DNA from: Candidatus Pacearchaeota archaeon
GTDB taxonomy: Archaea; Nanobdellota; Nanobdellia; Pacearchaeales; GW2011-AR1
Length of the DNA stretch: 57,539 bases
Direction: 5' to 3'
NCBI GenBank assembly: GCA_017609085.1
Contig: JAFCEO010000002.1
Location: 1 to 57,539, forward strand
How positions within the stretch are numbered: the stretch's first letter is position 1; the number at the start of each line of letters is the position of its first letter. Below the pieces are notes generated by a model, which saw only the letters and a program-made list of their open reading frames with translations, was not told where the DNA came from and searched no databases. Both the position numbers and the translations under genes were made by a program. Positions 53,105 through 57,539 of the stretch are shown here, one piece after another.

Positions 53105-54388
53105 ATGAAACAACAAAAAATGAATTCGTCAAAGTTTCTAAATTTAAAATATAAGCCAAAAGAGAGTGATTTAATTTGCCTTTTCAGAGTGGAGCCTGCG
53201 CGAAGTGTTTCAATTAAAAAAGCGGCTGAAACAGTTGCTCTTGAAAGTTCAATTGGAACGTGGAATGAAGTAACGACGGAGAAGAAATATATGCAGGATT
53301 TAGCTGCAAAAGTATTTTCTATTAAAGGAAATATGGTTAAGATAGCTTACCCTGCTGCTCTTTTTGAAAAAGGAAATGCTCCCAATATTCTTAGTAGTAT
53401 AGCAGGCAATATTTTTGGAATGAAAGTAGTGAAGAATTTAAGACTCGAAGATATTAAAATTCCTAAAGCAATTTTAAACTCATTTTATGGGCCTAAGTTT
53501 GGTATTAAGGGTGTAAGGAAAATGTTGAAAGTAAAAAATAGGCCATTGTTAGGAACAATTATAAAACCAAAATTAGGACTTAGAACGCAAGATCATGCAG
53601 AAGTTGCTTATGAAGCCTGGCTAGGGGGATGTGATATTGTTAAAGATGACGAAAATCTTGCTTCTCAAAAATTTAATGAGTTTGAAGAAAGACTTGCAAG
53701 AAGTTTAGAAGCCGCCAATAAAGCAGAAGAACAAACAGGAGAAAAAAAAGCCTATCTTATAAATGTAACAGCTGAAACAAAAGAAATGATGAAAAGAGCA
53801 CAATTAGTAGAAGATTTGGGAGGAAAATATGTAATGATAGATATTGTAACAGCAGGATTCGCAGCTGTTCAATCTTTAAGAGAATCTGATTTTAAACTTG
53901 CTATCCATGCACATAGGGCAATGCATGCTGCCTTCACACGTAATAAAAAACATGGGATAAGTATGATGGTTTTAGCCGATATTGCAAGATTAATTGGAGT
54001 TGACCAATTACATATCGGAACTGTTGTCGGAAAATTAGAAGGAACCCTTAAAGAGGTTTCTGAACTGTGTGAAGAAATAGAAAAGAAGAAAGTTAAAGAA
54101 ACTAAACTAAGGTTAAGTCAAGACTGGGGGAAGATAAAACCTGTTTTAGCTGTTAGCTCTGGAGGCTTACACCCAGGACATGTTCCTTATCTTATAAAAC
54201 ATTTAGGAAAAGATTTGGTGATACAAATGGGGGGAGGCATTCACGGACATCCAAGTGGAACACTAAGAGGAGCAATCGCAGCAAGACAGGCAATAGATGC
54301 TACAATGAGAAGTATAAGTTTAAAAAAATATTCTAAGAATCACACAGAATTGAAGGTTGCATTAGAGGAATGGGAGAAAAAAGTTTAA
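53105..54388 (+). CDS. rbcL: Ribulose-bisphosphate carboxylase large chain, form III
   Basis: ESS.GTW, KPKLGL, GGCDIVKDDE, HAHRAMH, GKLEG, SGG, GGGIHGHP all intact. Confidence 0.93.
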   Translation: MKQQKMNSSKFLNLKYKPKESDLICLFRVEPARSVSIKKAAETVALESSIGTWNEVTTEKKYMQDLAAKVFSIKGNMVKIAYPAALFEKGNAPNILSSIAGNIFGMKVVKNLRLEDIKIPKAILNSFYGPKFGIKGVRKMLKVKNRPLLGTIIKPKLGLRTQDHAEVAYEAWLGGCDIVKDDENLASQKFNEFEERLARSLEAANKAEEQTGEKKAYLINVTAETKEMMKRAQLVEDLGGKYVMIDIVTAGFAAVQSLRESDFKLAIHAHRAMHAAFTRNKKHGISMMVLADIARLIGVDQLHIGTVVGKLEGTLKEVSELCEEIEKKKVKETKLRLSQDWGKIKPVLAVSSGGLHPGHVPYLIKHLGKDLVIQMGGGIHGHPSGTLRGAIAARQAIDATMRSISLKKYSKNHTELKVALEEWEKKV

Positions 54389-54412
54389 TAATAGCCTTTC
54401 TTTCTTTTCTTT

Positions 54413-54799
54413 ATGAAAGAAATAAAATTTAGAGAATTTATCACAAGTTCGGGGAAAAAAGTTTTGGGAGGCAAGTCTGCTGAAAACAATGAAGAACTGA
54501 TAAAACAAGTAGAAAAAAATGAAATTGTTTTACACACCGCAAAACCAGGAAGCCCTTTTGTCAATATAAAATTTAAGGGAAGAGTAAGTAAAAAAGATAT
54601 TTATGAAGCAGGAATATTTTGTGCTCGTTACAGTCAAGACTGGAGGGACAACAAACGAGATGTAGTAGTTCATTATTTTAAAGGAAAAGAAATTTATAAA
54701 AGAAAAGATATGAAACTCGGAACATTTGGTGTAAAAAATTTTAAAGAAATTAAGATAAAAAAAGAAGACATTGAAAATTTCAATAATATATTTATGTAA
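54413..54799 (+). CDS. NFACT-R (DUF814) RNA-binding domain protein
   Basis: GK.A..NE.L, H...PGS, A....A.YS..W, G.F.V. Confidence 0.85.
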   Translation: MKEIKFREFITSSGKKVLGGKSAENNEELIKQVEKNEIVLHTAKPGSPFVNIKFKGRVSKKDIYEAGIFCARYSQDWRDNKRDVVVHYFKGKEIYKRKDMKLGTFGVKNFKEIKIKKEDIENFNNIFM

Positions 54800-54800
54800 A

Positions 54801-55055
54801 ATGAAATCTTCTCAAGTATCTCTGCAAATAGGTAAAAGAGGATTAACACACGGCACTATTGAAGCAATAAAAAATGCATTTAAAACAAGAGAGAATGTTA
54901 AAGTTTGTGTTTTAAAAAGTGCAGGTCATGAAAAAAAGAAAATTAAACAGATAGCAGAAGAAATTCAAAAAGAGTTGGGCGAGAGATATACTTATAGAAT
55001 AATTGGGTTTACAATTTTCTTAAAAAAATGGCGGAAAGCGAGAAATTTTAAATAA
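54801..55055 (+). CDS. YhbY/CRM RNA-binding protein
   Basis: QIGK.GLT, E.VKV..L, IG...L; likely ATG at 54801. Confidence 0.85.
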   Translation: MKSSQVSLQIGKRGLTHGTIEAIKNAFKTRENVKVCVLKSAGHEKKKIKQIAEEIQKELGERYTYRIIGFTIFLKKWRKARNFK

Positions 55056-55059
55056 ATCG

Positions 55060-55160
55060 ATCTTTGAGTCCTCAGCTCTGTTTCGTTCTGCTACGCTCCT
55101 CGTCTATGGCTTCGGAGAATATAACACACATTCAACAAAATTCAGGCGGCTCACTTAGAT
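55060..55160. repeat. Structured spacer element E1 (most divergent copy)
   Basis: Outer stem ATCT.TGAGTC/GGCTCA...AGAT, GCTACGCT, inner CTCC/GGAG hairpin, ATATAAC-ACACATT. Confidence 0.55.
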
Positions 55161-55194
55161 ATTAATTAGAGTAAAAAAAGAAAGCAAATCAAAA

Positions 55195-55416
55195 TTAGTC
55201 TAATGGCCTATATTGACATTCTGTTGCCAAGATATATCTTTTTGGATCCGTATCCAATTCAATTATTGTTCTATATGGTTCTTCTACATCATCTCTAACG
55301 ATTCTTCCTTTTAAAGTTCTTGAAGTATCATAGTTAAAACAAACTTCTACAACTTTGTCTAAATGTTCTCCTTGTTGAGGGAATCTATCAAAACCTACAT
55401 TTTTTACAACGCCCAT
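55195..55416 (-). CDS. Small hypothetical protein (cassette 1)
   Basis: 73 aa with SD-like AAGGTGG and a TTTATAAA box upstream. Confidence 0.8.
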   Translation of the reverse strand: MGVVKNVGFDRFPQQGEHLDKVVEVCFNYDTSRTLKGRIVRDDVEEPYRTIIELDTDPKRYILATECQYRPLD

Positions 55417-55463
55417 TTTAATCCACCTTACAAATAGTATAAACTTAATCTTTATAAATCTTT
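55417..55463 (-). promoter_or_regulatory. TATA/SD leader module, near-duplicate of 56740-56786
   Basis: Minus strand AAAGATTTATAAAG...TATACTATTT.TAAGG.G.ATTAAA-ATG in both copies. Confidence 0.75.
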
Positions 55464-55604
55464 AGGGTGATGGGGGCTTTGCCTTGATACGCCGATTTTT
55501 TACTTTGGATTTTTCGGCTTCGCCCAACGTTGCACTAAAATCCAACCTTCGCTAACGCTCAGGGAAACTAACACGCATTGTGCGAAATTCACTCCGCCCA
55601 CCCT
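55464..55604. repeat. Structured spacer element E2
   Basis: AGGGTG/CACCCT outer stem, TTGGATTTT/AAAATCCAA hairpin, TCGCTAACGCTCAGGG (identical in E4), ACTAAC-ACGCATT. Confidence 0.75.
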
Positions 55605-55647
55605 TTCAATACTTTTATAAATAATTAAAAATTACTAAATTAGTAAT

Positions 55648-56292
55648 ATGAATAAAAAATTCAATATTCAGGTTCCAAAAGAACATTATTTTGGAAAATA
55701 CGATGATTTAATGAGATTTATATCTTATTTTTATCAAATTGATTTGGTCAGAAAATTAAAACCAAACAATGTTCTTGAAGTAGGAATTGGAAATAAAACT
55801 GTTTCTAATTATCTTAAACAAAATGGAATAAAAGTTGATACTTGTGATTTTAATAAAGATCTTGAACCAAATTATGTTGCTGACATTAGAGAGTTACCCT
55901 TTAAGGACAAATCTTATGATGTTGTTATGGCTTGTGAAGTTCTTGAACATATCCCTTGGAAAGATGTGGAAAGAGCATTAAAAGAACTCCATAGAATTTC
56001 AAAAAAACACGTCCTTATTTCTATTCCTTATTCTTCAACAGGATTTGAATTGCTGTTCAAATTTCCACTAATTGGTAGAATTCTCAAAAGACCTTTTTTG
56101 GATTTATTTTTAAGAATTCCCTATTTTTTCATTGGGATTAAATTTTCTGGTGAGCACTATTGGGAAATGGGTAGAAGAAATTATTCAAAAAGAAAAATAA
56201 AATCACTTTTTGGAAAGTATTTTAAAATAATAAAAGAAATTAGGCCTATTTTAAACCATTATCATTATTTTTTTATTCTTGAAAAAAAGTAG
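55648..56292 (+). CDS. Class I SAM-dependent methyltransferase (cassette 2)
   Basis: VLEVGIG, D, LPF.D.SYDVV...EVLEH motifs; own TTTATAAATA box. Confidence 0.9.
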   Translation: MNKKFNIQVPKEHYFGKYDDLMRFISYFYQIDLVRKLKPNNVLEVGIGNKTVSNYLKQNGIKVDTCDFNKDLEPNYVADIRELPFKDKSYDVVMACEVLEHIPWKDVERALKELHRISKKHVLISIPYSSTGFELLFKFPLIGRILKRPFLDLFLRIPYFFIGIKFSGEHYWEMGRRNYSKRKIKSLFGKYFKIIKEIRPILNHYHYFFILEKK

Positions 56293-56384
56293 GAGGCGGG
56301 GCTCCGTGAACTCAAAATTACTTCATAATTTTGGTGCTAACGCACTCGCACAACAGCGATTATACTCAATTGCGAGTCCGCCTC
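56293..56384. repeat. Structured spacer element E3
   Basis: GAGGCGG/CCGCCTC outer stem, TGAACT-CAAAATTA/TAATTTTG, GTGC-TAAC-GCAC, GCACAAC-AGCGATTAT. Confidence 0.8.
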
Positions 56385-56535
56385 TTTCAGAGGTTGCCAC
56401 CGAAAATTTTTAATGTTGTTTCCTTCGTTAAAATTCACAAACAAAAAAGAAGTAACAAAAATGTTTCACAAATCGTCTAACAAAATTTTAACGAAATTGC
56501 TGAAGATTTTAAAATAAATAAAAACGAAAGAAAGA

Positions 56536-56739
56536 TTATAATTTTTCAACTAATGTTTTGCTTTCTATTTGTCGTCCAGAAAATTGAGTTTTTTGTATTT
56601 GTGTCATCCAGTCTACATATCTTTTTTCAGGACCCGGATTTGGCAAAACACTTGGTTTTGTTTCTTTTTTAGGTATTTGTGTCATCCAATCAGCATATTA
56701 CCTTTCTGGACGATTTTCTATTGCATTTGGATTATACAT
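56536..56739 (-). pseudogene. Short repeat-containing ORF interrupted by TAA (cassette 3)
   Basis: MYNPNAIENRPER*YADWMTQIPKKETKPSVLPNPGPEKRYVDWMTQIQKTQFSGRQIESKTLVEKL. Confidence 0.65.
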
Positions 56740-56786
56740 TTTAATTCGCCTTAGAAATAGTATAACTTATTCCTTTATAAATCTTT
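56740..56786 (-). promoter_or_regulatory. TATA/SD leader module, near-duplicate of 55417-55463
   Basis: Aligns to 55417-55463 with 4 substitutions and 2 single-base indels. Confidence 0.75.
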
Positions 56787-56807
56787 CCTAATTTACTACT
56801 CTGAAGT

Positions 56808-56908
56808 TAATATTGACGCCCGATTCTGAACTCAAAATCCTTTGGATTTTGCCCCGCTGCGCTCTCGCTAACGCTCAGGGCACATAACGCGCATTAAATG
56901 AAATATTA
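56808..56908. repeat. Structured spacer element E4
   Basis: TAATATT/AATATTA outer stem, TGAACT-CAAAATCC/GGATTTTG, TCGCTAACGCTCAGGG, ACATAAC-GCGCATTA. Confidence 0.8.
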
Positions 56909-57157
56909 CTCGGCGGTTTTATCAGCACTAATTATCTTTTCAATTCCTTGTCTTATTTCTCTTAGAAAATCTTCAACATTCATATCTCCCGCATTAATTT
57001 CAAAGTTCCCGACTCTAATACAATGTTCAACGGTTTGTTGTTTTGAGTAATCTAAATTTTTATAGACTACTACTATACATTTACCATACTGATCTAATTC
57101 AAATGTTTTAGGATGTGCATTTATCTGAATATAATACTCCCAAATAGGTCTTTTCAT
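56906..57157 (-). CDS. Small hypothetical protein (cassette 4)
   Basis: 83 aa; TTTAAATA box upstream; stop overlaps the E4 right arm. Confidence 0.7.
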   Translation of the reverse strand: MKRPIWEYYIQINAHPKTFELDQYGKCIVVVYKNLDYSKQQTVEHCIRVGNFEINAGDMNVEDFLREIRQGIEKIISADKTAE

Positions 57158-57199
57158 ATTTTTAGATTAAAGAAAAATATTTAAATATCTCGATTACAA

Positions 57200-57310
57200 A
57201 CCGCCAAGTAATACTCAAAACTTTTTATACTTGCAAAGCTCATTAAAAAGTTTTGGTTTTCTCTCCGAGAAAACTCACTTAACAGCGATTATGTCTATTC
57301 AGAATTCGGT
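57200..57310. repeat. Structured spacer element E5
   Basis: ACCG/CGGT outer stem, ACT-CAAAACTTTTTA/TAAAAAGTTTTG, GTTTTCTC/GAGAAAAC, ACTTAAC-AGCGATTAT. Confidence 0.8.
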
Positions 57311-57539
57311 CTAAATGATGCAATTATCAGAAGACATTTTCATTATTACCTCTTTTCCTAATAATTCTTCTAGTTTTTTCCTGAAATCTTCCTCGTTTTT
57401 TTTCACATCCTATTGCTTCTATTGAAGAAAGGCTACCAGAGGCTACTTGAACAAAAAATCCAGGAGATATAAAATATCTATACATTCTTCCAGAATCATC
57501 TTCTGTTTCCCAATCCCTCCAACCAAGATATCTTACATC
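57311..57539 (-). pseudogene. 3' part of a gene running off the window (cassette 5), apparent frameshift in an A8 run
   Basis: ...YLGWRDWETEDDSGRMYRYFISPG...GCEK, then after removing one A: NEEDFRKKLEELLGKEVIMKMSSDNCII*, with the stop abutting E5. Confidence 0.5.

Noticed and set aside
12277-56700. TAA readthrough or stop reassignment suggested by two in-frame TAAs
   Set aside because: Most intact genes here end in TAA, aRF1 has normal NIKS/YxCD/GGQ motifs, and no suppressor tRNA is seen.
55056-57310. CRISPR array
   Set aside because: Repeats are long and degenerate, separated by whole genes of variable length; no cas genes in the window.
55060-57310. Canonical attC sites, self-cleaving ribozymes or simple terminators
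   Set aside because: No paired L'/GTTRRRY end; no hammerhead or twister core found by eye on either strand; orientation is independent of flanking genes and E2 lies between divergent promoters. A covariance-model search is still needed.

Overview
AT-rich archaeal chromosome segment, most consistent with a DPANN archaeon of Pacearchaeota/Woesearchaeota type (inferred from archaeal information genes, BHB tRNA introns, form III RuBisCO, reduced sugar metabolism and divergent rRNA). It starts in an rRNA operon (3' part of 16S, tRNA-Ala, 23S, no adjacent 5S). About 50 kb of mostly housekeeping genes follow: dUTPase, a pgk/PfkB/GH130/aldolase/tpi sugar cluster, ion transporters, five aminoacyl-tRNA synthetases, L15e, aRF1, RpoL, TFS, TopA, RadB, MAT and RuBisCO. 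Eight tRNAs are present; five carry introns, including tRNA-Leu with two and two tRNAs with a non-canonical 30/31 intron. The most unusual part is the last ~2.5 kb (55056-57539). Five related GC-rich, multi-hairpin ~90-140 bp elements, all in the same orientation, alternate strictly with single small unrelated genes; the four complete genes each have their own TATA box. This looks like an integron-like gene-cassette array, but the spacers have only one attC-like half (AAC-spacer-box) and no paired GTT end, and no recombinase is visible in the window. All family assignments come from manual motif reading, not database searches.
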